A program made the position numbers and the translations under genes. The notes beneath the pieces are model-generated. The model was given only the letters and a program-made list of their open reading frames with translations. It was not told the origin of the DNA and searched no databases. A stretch of DNA of 63,985 nt, the filler included, from Octopus bimaculoides (lineage: Eukaryota), in the NCBI RefSeq assembly GCF_001194135.2. It is 5 parts of 4 records of this genome, joined end to end, with 100 filler letters (N's around TTAATTAATTAA, not from the genome) between each part and the next. Parts side by side here need not be neighbours in the genome. Positions count along the whole stretch, not along the records: positions 1 to 14,509 come from NC_068983.1; 4 more parts are not named here. The stretch is one strand, 5' to 3'. This document shows, one piece after another, positions 1 through 12,170 of the stretch. Every line of letters starts with the position of its first letter. The first letter of the stretch is position 1.

Positions 1-494
1 TATATAATGGAAATAAACTTAAAAAAACAAAACTTCGCCTAATCATGTCAGATATATACTATTCCAAGTAATGGGGCTCGCATACCATGCCAAATACAAA
101 TAAATAAATAATTAAATAATTAAATAAATAAATAAAATTATTGTCTGTCTACCTTACAACATCAGGTTAAATAATTATTCTTTGATACTGGAAAGGAGCC
201 GCTACATCTACACACTAGCTTTAAAGGAAGCCGGCTCTGAACAAAAAACAGTATAACAAATATGTATCACAGTAGAATTCTGCTCACACTAGGAGGGAAT
301 TCGGTAGCATGTCGCTTTTGGTTAGATGAGACGCCATCAATGAAGTTGCGTGGTTTGAAGTCATTTCGTCCTCTCTGGTTAACTATGTGGATTCATTGTA
401 GAGTTGACGGAGAGCTGCTGTCGAGACGTCTACCTTCCACGAAGTTCAGCAAGCCAAAAAAAAGGTAGAGAGATGCTGGAACGCTTGGATGTTG

Positions 495-720
495 GATGAC
501 CACGCATGCGCACGAGGGACTTCTTGCATGGCTTCCGGAAGACTAGTCCCTGCGCATGCGTGGATAAACTCTCCAAAATGGCGACTGGTATCAGGCGCCA
601 CTACAATATCTTACCTTCTAAATATCTTACCTTCTACAATATCTTACCTTCTAAACAAAGCGGCGAACTGGCAGCATCAAACACAGGTCAGATGTGAGCG
701 CATGCGCCTGTAGAGAACTC
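495..720. promoter_or_regulatory. Housekeeping-type promoter-like region (NRF1-, ETS- and YY1-like motifs)
   Basis: Three GCGCATGCG-type motifs (503-512, 551-560, 698-707), palindromic CTTCCGGAAG (532-541) and CAAAATGGCG (574-582), all in a locally CpG-rich stretch. The downstream gene was not identified. Confidence 0.55.
605..653. repeat. 16-17 bp tandem repeat x3 (aatatcttaccttcta)
   Basis: Three direct copies read in the sequence. Confidence 0.9.
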
Positions 721-744
721 TAGGGTTCAACTCGGAAAATTGAG

Positions 745-960
745 CAACATGGCCAAACATAGAGTCGTCAGCTCTTCGGATACAATTTTCAGCGGTACTT
801 CTTCAGGCACTTTACGTTTCCGAATTTAAATTCCACTCGTTCAACTTTGCCTTTCATTCTTCCGAGGCTGATAAAATAATAAAATAAGACCAAGTACTGG
901 GGGTCAATGTAATCGACTGATCCCTCCCCAAATTTCAGGTCTTGTGCCTATATAAGAAAC
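745..960 (+). mobile_element. SINE family A, degenerate copy
   Basis: Shares aaattcc..actttgcctttcat..agtactgggggtcaatgtaatcgac..cttgtgcc with intact copies such as 4723-4922. Confidence 0.7.
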
Positions 961-1128
961 TTAACTTCTAAGCAAATCTTTTGGCGTATTATTCAGCAAA
1001 AATTTCAAACTAAGGAAGTTATCAATATTTTAATCATTATTCCTCGATCACCTCAACCAAAATTAAACCAACACTTAGCACTCACCAATTAAACTACCAA
1101 AGCAAATAATTAATTAATTATACACATT

Positions 1129-1516
1129 TAGGCGCAAGAGTGGTTGTGTAGTAAGAAGCTTGCTTCCCAAGCACATGGCTTCGGGTTCAGTCCCACTGCG
1201 TGGCACTTTGAGCAAGTGTGTCTTCTGCTACAGCCTCGGGCCGACCAAAGCCTTGTGAGTGGATTTGGTAGACGGAAACTGAAAGAAGCCCGTCGTATAT
1301 ATGTATACATATGTACATGTGTGTGTGTGTGTGTGTATGTTTNNNNNNNNNNCCGATGCTGCTGTGTTTACGTCCCCGTAACTTAGCGGTTCGGCAAAAA
1401 GAGACCGATAGAATAAGTACTAGGCTTATAAAGAATAAGTCCTGGGGTCGATTTGCTCGACTAAAGGCGATGCTCCAGCATGGCCGCAGTCAAATGACTG
1501 AAACAAGTAAAAGAGA
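1129..1516 (+). mobile_element. tRNA-derived CORE-like SINE family B (head, internal microsatellite, 3' module)
   Basis: A-box tggttgtgtag, B-box ggttcagtccc, CORE-like tgagcaagtgtctt, (TA)/(TG)n linker, then the gataagtactaggct..ctccagcatggccgcagtc module. Repeated more than 10 times in the window. Confidence 0.85.
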
Positions 1517-2227
1517 GTAAATAGTATTTGTAGGTGTGGCACTTTGGGCGAGAGTGACTTTCTACTATAATAGCCTTGGGCCGACCAATGCCTTGTGATG
1601 AGTAGACTGCTTCGTCTTGACGGATGATAGCCGTCCCATCAACACACACACACGCATCACTCCCCATCACACAGCACAGTCCTCCCGTTGATGAGCCCTC
1701 AGATAACTTTTAAGACCAGCTGCTGACTGACAGACTTTAAAACACAATTGACAGATATCATTCAAGTTTCTTCTGTATCTTTGCCGTTTGGAATCTGATT
1801 CTGAAGAAATGGTTGCCAACTCGGTTAACTCATAGCATTAAGTAGATGAAATGCTCGGAAGCCACTAATTTTGATAGCAATAAGCTGTTGATGAAGGATT
1901 AGCGTGATTATAATAAGCGGCTTCCTCAAATCGATAATGGAAATATTAAGATGGATATCACAGATTAAAACACCTTTGAAGGGCTATCCCAGCATGGGCG
2001 CAATCCACTGAATGTAAAGGCATGTAACTAAATTGAGGGAAAGATTTTGTCCATCGATCTATTGATGCTGCTATCTAGCATCCCCACGATGACTTGATAT
2101 AATAAACACATTATCGGATCAATAGCGATTAATTGATTGATTTTTATGGGAATTAGGTCAATATGTAGTGAGAAAATGTGATAAGTGAGTGACATCGATA
2201 TGTGTTTGATCGAAAATGCAAACATGG

Positions 2228-2755
2228 GAGGAGGAGGAGGAGGAGGAGAAGAAGAAGAAGAAGAAGAAGAAGAAGAAGAAGAAGAAGAAGAAGAAGAAGG
2301 AGAAGAAGAAGAAGAAGAAGAAGAAGAAAGCGGAGGAAGAGGAGGAAGAGGAAGAAGAAGAAGAAGAAGAAGAAGAAGAAGAAGAAGAAGAAAGCGGAGG
2401 AAGAGGAGGAAGAGGAGGAGGAAGAAGAAGAAGAAGAAGAAGAAGAAGAAGAAGAAGGAAAAGAAGAAGAAGAAGAAGAAGAAGAAGAAGAAGAAGAAGA
2501 AGAAGAAGAAGAAGAATAATTTCGCTTTGCATATATCATGGTAATTGTGTCCACCACACTGTTTCANNNNNNNNNNGGAGGAAGAGGAAGAAGAAGAAGA
2601 AGAAGAAGAAGAAGAAGAAGAAGAAGAAAGCGGAGGAAGAGGAGGAAGAGGAGGAGGAAGAAGAAGAAGAAGAAGAAGAAGAAGAAGAAGAAGGAAAAGA
2701 AGAAGAAGAAGAAGAAGAAGAAGAAGAAGAAGAAGAAGAAGAAGAAGAAGAATAA
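2228..2755. repeat. (GAA)n/(GGA)n microsatellite
   Basis: Pure purine triplet array. It is duplicated across an N10 gap. Confidence 0.95.
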
Positions 2756-3574
2756 TTTCGCTTTGCATATATCATGGTAATTGTGTCCACCACACTGTTT
2801 CACCAGAACCAAATCTGGGAAGAGGGTCGGGAAGTAAGGTCGATATACACAAACAAACGCACTAATAGTAGTGCTCCAGCATGGCCACATTCCTTAGCTG
2901 ATACTAGTAGCAGATAAAAAAGATAAAACAAAATATATAAGCCTAAAGAAATTCGATCTCAATTCTAAATTCTGAAGTCGAATTATTCAGGGCTATACGA
3001 TCAAGAAGTTTGATCCCCGCAAACCATATTAGAAGTTTGATCCGTCCGTGCGACACCATTGGCCAGTACTTTTTTTAACTAATAATATCGAGTCCACCGC
3101 ATTCTTGTGCATGGAACTTGGTAGATGGAATTTCAGTCGAAGCATAAATAAAAAGGGTGCCTGTTCTTCATTCGTAGAATTAATCAGTCGCCCGATTTAA
3201 CTACTTCACTGACTGACTCTTGTAAGCGTTCAGCGCTGTGATTCTCATCCGGGGTCCATTTGACTCTCGGGACTCCACATAAAACTTCGTTGTTCAAATG
3301 TATGTGGTGCAAAGTAGTTATACTTCTACAATACACATGATATTTTAATAATATTTTTAATTCAGTAAAGTTTATTTGCCAGCAGAATGTTACTACTGTT
3401 TCGCCTCAGGAAAACAACTTTCTCAGCTGGCTACCGACACACATTTTGTGTCCGGATAGTATGAGCAAGGAAGTTTATCGATCCCAGCTCTAGCCTTCGT
3501 GTCTGGGTTGTTTCCCGTCTTCGCTGCGAGATAATCACAGGCCAGCGATGATGCTTATTCGACTTGCTCATACT

Positions 3575-3967
3575 CCTTTACTCTTTTACTTGTTTCAGTC
3601 ATTTGACTGCGGCCATGCTGGAGCACCGCCTTTAGTCGAGCAAATCGACCCCAGGACTTATTCTTTGGAAGCCTAGTACTTATTCTATCGGTCTCTTTTG
3701 CCGAACCGCTTAGTTGCGGGGACGTAAACACACCAGCATTGGTTGTCAAGCGATGCTGGGGGGACAAACATATACACGCACATACATATATATATATATA
3801 CATATATACGACGGGCTTCTTTCAGTTTCCGTCTACCAAATCCATTCACAAGGCTTTGGTCAGCCCGAGGCTATAGTAGAAGGCACTTGCCCAAGGTGTC
3901 ACGCAGTGGGAGTGAACCCGGAACCATGTGGTTGGTAAGCAAGCTACTTACCACACAGCCACTCCTG
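3575..3967 (-). mobile_element. SINE family B, full length
   Basis: Reverse complement of 1129-1516. Confidence 0.85.
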
Positions 3968-4722
3968 TGAAAATACGACTTAAAAAAAAAAATCAAACGG
4001 TTATGAGGGTCCACCTGAGTAAAAGAGAGATCAAAAGGTTTCAGAGGTGAAAAAAAAAAATGGTTGAGAACCCCTGATTTAGCGGGTGCACTCTGTTGTA
4101 AGCATTTAACTCCAGGTTTCAGGTATGAGAAAAGTTCCTACTTATATCCCATCAAGGGTATGCTGTCCTTCTTTCCTTGAACCAAGTAATAGAAAAAAAT
4201 TATGCAAAACATTTTTTCTTATCACGTCACTCCAGGAGGGAAATGGGGCCTGAGAAATGCTTCGTGTTACTTCAGGAAGGAATGGTGCTAAAGAAATGCT
4301 CCAGAGAAATGCATTCTTTAGAAATGAGGGAACAGACAGGGATGATTGAAGCCACTAGCAAGTTGAGCATTCGCCCGAGGCGTCACGTGCGTTGGAGTGC
4401 CATGGCATGTTAAGGACCTTAACTCTCTGAGATCTCTATAAATCTAATGTAAAAATCTCATCTCTAAGTGACGCAGTCTGTATATCATAATTAACTTATA
4501 TACAACACTGAAAGGCGCGGTGCTGTGTTTTTTTGTCTGAGAGAAAAGCTCTTCTTAAACTTGTTAAGAACACAATGTATAGCGGAGCGAGAAAAACATA
4601 GTTCCAGCAACGACTCTCGGAAACGTCAGACGCACTTCGCCTTCTTGGAGCTTATCAACGATGTATAACCTGTAGTCACATGCCTAAACAAAAATTATCA
4701 CTTTCGATATATAAAGAACAGT

Positions 4723-4922
4723 AAGGCGGCGAGCTGGCAGAAACGTTAGCACGCCGGGCGAAATGCTTAGCGGTGTTTCGTCTGTCTTTACGTTCTGAGT
4801 TCAAATTCCGCCGAGGTTGACTTTGCCGTTCATCCTTTCGGGGTCAATAAATTAAGTAGCAGTTGCGTACTGGGGTCAATCTAATCGACTAGGCCCCTCC
4901 CCATTGTGCCTAGAGTAGAAAA
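4723..4922 (+). mobile_element. tRNA-derived SINE family A
   Basis: ggcggcgagctggcagaaacgttagc (A-box) and gttctgagttcaaattcc (B-box). About 20 copies in the window. Confidence 0.85.
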
Positions 4923-5114
4923 CGATATATAAAGAGCAGTGAATAATACATTCACTGATATTGCGGAAAGCTTGCCGAGCTGGAATAAACACGGTGTACG
5001 TAATTGAAACATAATTTGACGTATATACATCATTGACAGGCCTGATACAGTGGTTTTTGGTTGTATTAAGAGAACAATAAATATCGGAGCAACACGATAT
5101 TATTTTACAATATT

Positions 5115-5520
5115 CTTTTCTACACTAGGCACAAGACCCGAAAATTTTTGGGAGGGGCCAGACGATTAAATGGACCCCAGTACGCAACTGGTACATAATT
5201 TATCAACCCTGAAAGGATGAAAATCAAAGTCGACCTCGGCGGAATTTGAACTCAGAACATAAAGACAGACGAAATGTTGCTAAGCATTTCGCCCGGTGTG
5301 CTAACGTTTCTGCCAGCTCGCCGCCTTTACTCTAGGCACAAGGCCCGAAATTTTTGGGGAGGAGGCCAGTCGATTAGATCGACCCCAGTTCGCAACTGGT
5401 ACTTAATTCATCGACCCACGAAAGGAGGAAGGGTAAAGTCGACCTCGGCGGAATTTGAACTCAGACGAAATGTCGCTCAGCATTTCGCCCGGCGTGCTAA
5501 CGTTTCGGCCAAGCTCACCT
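5115..5520 (-). mobile_element. Two tandem SINE family A copies
   Basis: Two reverse-complement copies of 4723-4922. Confidence 0.8.
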
Positions 5521-6057
5521 CCTTTCCTCTTTTACAGAATAAAAAGAAAATAAACTATCAAAGGCAAAAAAAAAATAATTTACCAGAATTCTAAATCCGA
5601 AACTAAATCAGAAATAGTCGACACTATTGTCAAAAACAACCTCCTTTGTTAATAAATGTTAATAAAATTCCGCCTTTTCCTGGCTGTCTTAATATCTTTC
5701 CAACCTTATCATTTAAGGTCTAAGGGAGATAACTCTTTTACCTTTTTTTTAAACTTTTGATTTCATACTTTTTATTTTTTACAGTTTAGTTTTTTTGTTT
5801 TCGTTTTCCGTTGTTTACTGCCTGCATTTTCTAAATGCTGCCTTTTCAGTTTTTTTCGCGTTTGTTTTGTTATTCAATTTTTCTTGTTTAGTTCGTTATG
5901 ATATGCTGTTTGCGCCTGAAGTATATGTTTGAGTTTTCTCAACATATGAAACTATTAGTAGCGCTTTAATACATGTATTGTGACATTTAAATAAATAATA
6001 TTTATCTCTCGCCAGATGGACTGATATTTTGCTGAATTTTCTATCACGGAATAGTAC

Positions 6058-6123
<66 letters not shown>

Positions 6124-6889
6124 TACTAGGACTTACAAAGAATAAGTCCTGAGGTCGATTTGCTCGACTAAAGGCGCTGCTCCCACATGGCCGCAGTCAA
6201 ATGACTGAAACAAGTAAAAGAATGAAAGAATATATAGATAGATAGATAGATAGCCAGGCAGACAAGCGCGCGCGCGCACAAGGGCTATGCGAAAAGGGAG
6301 GAAAGCTTGTATTGACAGTCGAATGACATTGGAGTCTAATTCAAGGGAAAGAACTCTGACAGTAAAGCTATTTTCTAGAGGTATCAATTTTTACTTTTGG
6401 AACTGAAATTAAATTTTCTCAATATTTCCCAGATTATTCTTCAGGAACCAGATGGTAAATTTCACCCGAGAGAAAAAAAGCTCCAGACTTCTCAAAGAAG
6501 AATCCACGCGTCAAGGCTTTCGATGTGATTCAGCTGCACGATGCTATCAAGAGAGAAGTTTGGAGACAAGTTGAAGAGCGCGACGAGGACTACAATTCAA
6601 CTGTTTGTATGCCAGCGAGAAGTGCATGCCAGCAAGAACCAATCGAAGAAATCTTGGAAGAGAGGAAGAAAATAACTGAGAAATGGAAAGCTATAAAGAG
6701 GAACACAAATGATCACATCGAAAATTCCGTTCTCTGTAAAAGGATCGGACAATATTTAGACTTCAAAAATTATAGACAGTAGACTGTGATGCCGGTTGCG
6801 GAGGAGAGGAAAAGTCTAAAACAGATGTGTGTGTGTGTGTGTGTACATACATACATACATACATATACACGTGTGTGTGTGTGTGCGTG

Positions 6890-7108
6890 CGTATTCTTTT
6901 ATTTGTTTCAATCATTTAACTGCAGCCATGCTGGCTGCCTTCAGTTGAGTAAATCAACCCAAGGACTTATTCTTTGTAAGCCTAGTACTTATGCCATCGG
7001 TCTCTTTTGCCGAACCGCTAAGTTACAGGGATGTAAACACACCAGCATCGGTTGTCAAGCGATGCTGTGGAGGGGGTGGGCACAGACACACAAACATATG
7101 AATACACA

Positions 7109-7166
<58 letters not shown>

Positions 7167-7810
7167 TGTGTGTGTGTGCTTCTTTCAGTTTCCGTCTACT
7201 AAATCTACTCATAAGCTACTTACCACACAGCCACTCCTGCACCTATAAAAGGTAGACAGCAGGATGGTCACGATTGAAATACCTTTCCGCAATAATCAAA
7301 AATGTGCTTAATCAAAAATCGGAAGGGATTAAATCGAGTCTAGGATTTGAACTTATTACTCAAAGGGACGCAATCAAATAAAAGCTAGTGAATATTCGTC
7401 CGCTGTTTTACTGATTCTGACATAGTCTTATATGTATGTATGTATGAAGCTTGCTTCCCAGCCACATGGTTCCGGGTTTATTTCCACCGCGTGGCATCTT
7501 GAGTAAGTGTCTTCTACTATAGCCTAGGGCCAATCAAAGCCTTGTGAGTGGATTTGGTTGACGGAAACTGAATGAAGCCTAAGTTACGGGGACGTAAACA
7601 CACCAGCATCGGTTGTCAAGCGATGTTGGGGGGGGGGGAGGAAACACAGACACACAAACATATGCACACACATACATATATATATACATATATACGACGG
7701 GCCAAATTCACTCACAGCGTTTTGGTCGGCCCGAGGCTATAATAGAAGACACTTGCCCAAATTGCCACGCAGTGGGACTGAACCCGGAACCATGTGATTC
7801 GTACAGCCAC
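6890..7810. mobile_element. Cluster of SINE family B pieces in both orientations
   Basis: Matches to head and 3' modules of family B. Confidence 0.75.
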
Positions 7811-7854
7811 GCATATATGTAGATATGTATGTATGTATGTATATATATTTGTGT

Positions 7855-7885
<31 letters not shown>

Positions 7886-8636
7886 CGTATCTGCCCCCCC
7901 TCCAAAATCGCTTGACAACGGATGTTGGTGTGATAATCACCTGCAGCCTGCCTCGGTATTGGTTTGTTTGCGTCCCTATTACTTAACAGCTCAGCAACTG
8001 ACTTTAAATACAGAATAAACAAACAAACAAAAAACAAACACAAGCATAGGGCTCGATTTGTTGGACTAAAACCCTTCAGGGCGGTGCTCCAGCATGACCA
8101 CATTTCCATGACTGGAAGAATTAAAAGATAAAACTTTAGCTGCCCGAACGCACATCTCTATGTTAGTTATATAAAAATTTACAAATAGGAATTCCGTTTT
8201 CCAGGAGAAATTGAACAAAGACTATATATTGTAATATAAATTTCATCAACATTTACGAAATATCGTTATTTTCTGTGAAATAGTCCAAGGGAGATAATCA
8301 GAACATAAACGATTTGGATACTTTCTGTCGGTAGGGTTCTCGTTCGATATTTTGTCTCCCATAAACGTTTTTCACTACATAGAATGTGTATATGTATATA
8401 TGTGCTTATGTATGTACGTACGTATGTATGTATGTATGTATGTATGTATGTATGTATGTATGTATGTATGTATGCATGTAATTATGTATGTGATTATTCA
8501 GTTTTATTTAAAGATTTCTTGCCGATAAAGAGCCGGTTTGTATGTATGTATGTATATCTACGCATTCTTTTTCTCTCTCATCTCTCATCTCTTTCTCTCC
8601 CCCCCCCCCCNNNNNNNNNNNNNNNNNNNNNNNNNN

Positions 8637-8678
<42 letters not shown>

Positions 8679-8839
8679 CTCTCTCTCTCTCTCGATATAT
8701 ACAGAGTCCTGTTGCCAGACATAGGATCTTCCAGCAGCCATCCTCTTACCCCAGGGCAGCGCAACATCGGTTATCAAGCGATGGCGTAGGGAGGGGGAGT
8801 AACACACACAGACATAGATAGATAGATAGATAGATAGAT

Positions 8840-8872
<33 letters not shown>

Positions 8873-9104
8873 AGGCGGCGAGCTGGCAGAATCGTTAGCA
8901 CGTCGGGCGAAATGCTTGGCGGTATTTCGTCTGCCGCTACGTTCTGAGTTCAAATTCCGCCGAGGTCGACTTTGCCTTTCATCCTTTCGGGGTCGATTAA
9001 ATAAGTACCAGTTACGCACTGGGGTCGATATAATCCACTTAATCCGTTTGTCTGTCCTTGTTTGTCCCCTCTGTGTGTAGCCCCTTGTGGGCAGTAAAGA
9101 AATA
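8873..9104 (+). mobile_element. SINE family A with alternative 3' tail
   Basis: Same head and body as 4723, but the tail is ttaatccgtttgtctgtcc..gtaaagaaata. Flanked by (GATA)n. Confidence 0.85.
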
Positions 9105-10244
9105 AGATAGATAGATAGATAGATTTACACACACTCACGCACACACACGGACAACAGCGAGCAGACACGAAAGATATCGTTAAAATATGTCTGAATGCGA
9201 GGTAGGCTGGTGGTGGTCATGCCTGGTATGCCATAGAGCATATAGACTATCACTCTGAACGGTCCTTCGGCTAAGCCAAAAGGACATCAATGCTAATTGC
9301 TGAAACGGTTAGAAAGTAGACCTGTGATAGAAAAGCTATTAAAGGGAGGTAACTCTACTTAACTTACTGTCATTAATACAGCTTGTTGGTAACGCGACGG
9401 GCAAAATGCTTAGCGTTATTTCGTCTGTCGTTACGTTCTGAGTTCAAATTCCGCCGAGATCGACTTTGCCTTTCGAGTATTGGAGGGAATGTGATCGAGT
9501 TATCTTTTCCCTCGAGATTGCTGGCCTTGTGCCAAAAATTTGGAATCAATATTTGTACGTACGAATGCACCTAAACGGCTGTGCAGGCGCACACACATAC
9601 GCTTAAACATGCATAAAAGATATATATACGTACGCTCATAAGTTATCAGCACATACATAATGTATATGTTTTGTTTATACGCCCATTTGCTACGGGACAG
9701 CGTCCTGGGAACGTTCTCTACACGACGGCAAATGGGCGTAGAAAAAAAGCACATACATTACATACATTATATATGTGCGTCCGATAATGTTTACAGTACC
9801 AGAGGTACATTCCATTTGTAATTTATTTTATGATATAATATATATATATATATGTATATATATNNNNNNNNNNNNNNNNNNNNNNNNNNNNNNNNNNNNN
9901 NNNNNNNNNNNNNNNNNNNNNNNNNNNNNNNNNNNNNNNNNNNNNNNNNNNNNNNNNNNNNNNNNNNNNNNNNNNNNNNNNNNNNNNNNNNNNNNNNNNN
10001 NNNNNNNNNNNNNNNNNNNNNNNNNNNNNNNNNNNNNNNNNNNNNNNNNNNNNNNNNNNNNNNNNNNNNNNNNNNNNNNNNNNNNNNNNNNNNNNNNNNN
10101 NNNNNNNNNNNNNNNNNNNNNNNNNNNNNNNNNNNNNNNNNNNNNNNNNNNNNNNNNNNNNNNNNNNNNNNNNNNNNNNNNNNNNNNNNNNNNNNNNNNC
10201 ACAAACATACATATATTTACACGCACACATATACATACACAGTA

Positions 10245-10594
10245 TGATCTCTTGTTTGTATTTGTCAGCTTCCTTATATACTGAAAACAGTTCTTTGTTT
10301 TGCTTGTGTTTTGTGGCTATTTGTATTAGTTTTCCTTGCTTCTGAAGTAGGTATTTTTGCAATCCTATGGTGGTTATTTTATAGTAGCTTTGCAGCTGTA
10401 TAAAGCCTCTCCGACCTTCTGTACGTTGTATATAAAGCCTTTCTATGTCAGATTTTGGGTGGTGCATCCTAGATCCTGTCATTATTTTGCTTGTTTCCCT
10501 GTCTATTTTCGTTAGTTCATTTAGTGTCCAGTTAAGGATATTGTAGCTGTAACTTATAACTGGGACGGCTACTTGTTTTTAACATTGAGCTCTG

Positions 10595-10595
<1 letters not shown>
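10245..10595 (-). mobile_element. R4/Dong-like non-LTR retroelement, RT thumb fragment
   Basis: Minus strand reads ..ELTKIDRETSKIMTGSRMHHPKSDIERLYIQRTEGRRG.., a typical R4-clade post-RT motif. Its 5' end abuts (ATT)n. Confidence 0.8.
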
Positions 10596-10649
<54 letters not shown>

Positions 10650-11165
10650 GTTTCAGATACACTCATCAGATTAGACTGTTGGAAAAGAAAAAAGTCCTAA
10701 TATCGAGCTACATGTAGCTTTAGATGTCAAGAACCTTCCTATTGGGTTACAGCAAGTAAATTTAGATTTCAAGAACCCTCCTAAGTATCTTAGCTGTCCC
10801 TAATAATACTATTGTCTGCAGCTGTACTAAACTAGGTTTTATGCCTATTTCCTCTATCCATCTGTTCAAATCTTTAGGGGTAGTTCCTAATGCACCTAAT
10901 AACTGGGGTACATTTTACCCGAACTTACCATAGACCCAGTACTTTGCTATTTTTTTTATTCCTCTCATATTAATTTTTTCATCATTTGGGACTGTAAAGT
11001 CAATTGTCTGGTACTTTATATTTTCTTTATCTGTTTTTACTAAATCAGGTCGTCTAGCTTCTATTACTCTGTCAGTCTGAATGTTAAAGTCCCACAACAT
11101 CTTATACTTCTTACTTTCTAGTACTTTACTAGGTTCATGTTCATACCATTTATCAGTATGATCAA
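10650..11165 (-). mobile_element. R4/Dong-like element 3' fragment (RLE domain and 3'UTR), family B
   Basis: KWYEHEP..LWDFNIQTDRVIEARRPDLV. Same family as 29540-33010. Ends in (TAA)n. Confidence 0.85.
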
Positions 11166-11519
11166 TCTGCGTGTTTCTTACAGTTACTTGCCGAGACACA
11201 CCCAGTGTCCTGGAGCGAGTGACGGATAAGAGATGTTACAGTATGACTGAAAGTTTGGGGAGGGGAAGTAGTGAAATATCTTCATGTAATACAACACAGA
11301 CATTTAAATGGTTAAGGTTTTTCTAATGATGTGGACAGTACTTGTCAGCACAATCTTTTGCACATCTCTGAGATATGGTTCTCCTGGGATTTTATCTAGA
11401 TGTTTCTGACATCCCTTTTCTATCATGCCTAGGTATGATAAAACAGGAACAGTTCTCGTTTTAAGATGCCACATCTTTTGTATTTCAATTTCCAGGTCCT
11501 TATATTTACTTAGTTTGTC

Positions 11520-11521
<2 letters not shown>
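11165..11521 (-). mobile_element. R4/Dong-like element 3' fragment, family A
   Basis: KLSKYKDLEIEIQKMWHLKTRTVPV..IIRKTLTI*. The 3'UTR matches 33207-33360. Confidence 0.85.
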
Positions 11522-11597
<76 letters not shown>

Positions 11598-11683
11598 CGC
11601 ATTAGTTGCTGCTGTTACTATCGTTGGCGTGTCACTCGGTGAAGTTAAAAGAAGAGAAAAACAGAAGACAGAAAACGTGATTG

Positions 11684-11839
11684 TTACTGGTTGTTTATTT
11701 TGTCGTGGATCCAATCGAAGAAATAATTCACGTTTGAGTAGGCTCCTGGATATCTCCCACATTTGTAACCGTATGATATTATTCCAATAATATGCCACTT
11801 GCCGTTCCTGTAACACTGAAGTGGCCCACCGGAATCACC
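11684..11839 (-). CDS. Terminal coding exon of an S1 (trypsin-like) serine protease
   Basis: Acceptor tttgtgtttatacggcag, then GDSGGPLQCYRNGKWHIIGIISYGYKCGRYPGAYSNVNYFFDWIHDKINNQ* (52 codons). It contains the catalytic Ser motif GDSGGP and the S-Y-G..C..PG.Y..V...DWI signature. Too short for the ORF track. Confidence 0.9.
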   Translation of the reverse strand, partial: GDSGGPLQCYRNGKWHIIGIISYGYKCGRYPGAYSNVNYFFDWIHDKINNQ

Positions 11840-11929
11840 CTGCCGTATAAACACAAAACAAATATATTAGAAAAATCAATACATATCTACGTCGAATCAA
11901 CATGATATATATGCGTTTCATTATTAAAC

Positions 11930-12170
11930 CGGTACTCCGTCGGTTACGACGACGAGAGTTCTAGCTGATCCAATCAACGGAACAGTCTACTCGTGAAATT
12001 GACGTGCAAGTGGCTGAGCACTCCACAGACATGCGTCCCCGTAACGTAGTTCTCAAGGAGATTTGGCATGACACAGAGGAATAAAGTCTCTTACTCAAAG
12101 ACACAAGGCGAAGCCGGGAATTGAACTCACGTCCTTACAACCGTGAGCCGAATTCCCTACTTAGTCACGC
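11930..12170 (-). mobile_element. SINE family D, partial
   Basis: Matches the tail of 48193-48510 and 56040-56422. Confidence 0.7.

Noticed and set aside
578-697. ATGGCG ORF as LARS1 exon 1
   Set aside because: It is on a different scaffold two joins away, and no phase-0 donor was found to match the LARS1 exon.
2517-2802. Apparent tandem duplication across an N10 gap
   Set aside because: The identical flank appears on both sides of a 10-N gap, typical of unmerged contig overlap.
2028-2890. Long poly-E/K/R/L/S ORFs
   Set aside because: Translations of a (GAA)/(GGA) microsatellite, with no coding evidence.
11304-11816. 170-aa ORF suggesting a host-retroelement fusion
   Set aside because: It is an off-frame read of the protease exon plus (ATT)n plus the R4 C-terminus. 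The true protease frame stops at 11684.
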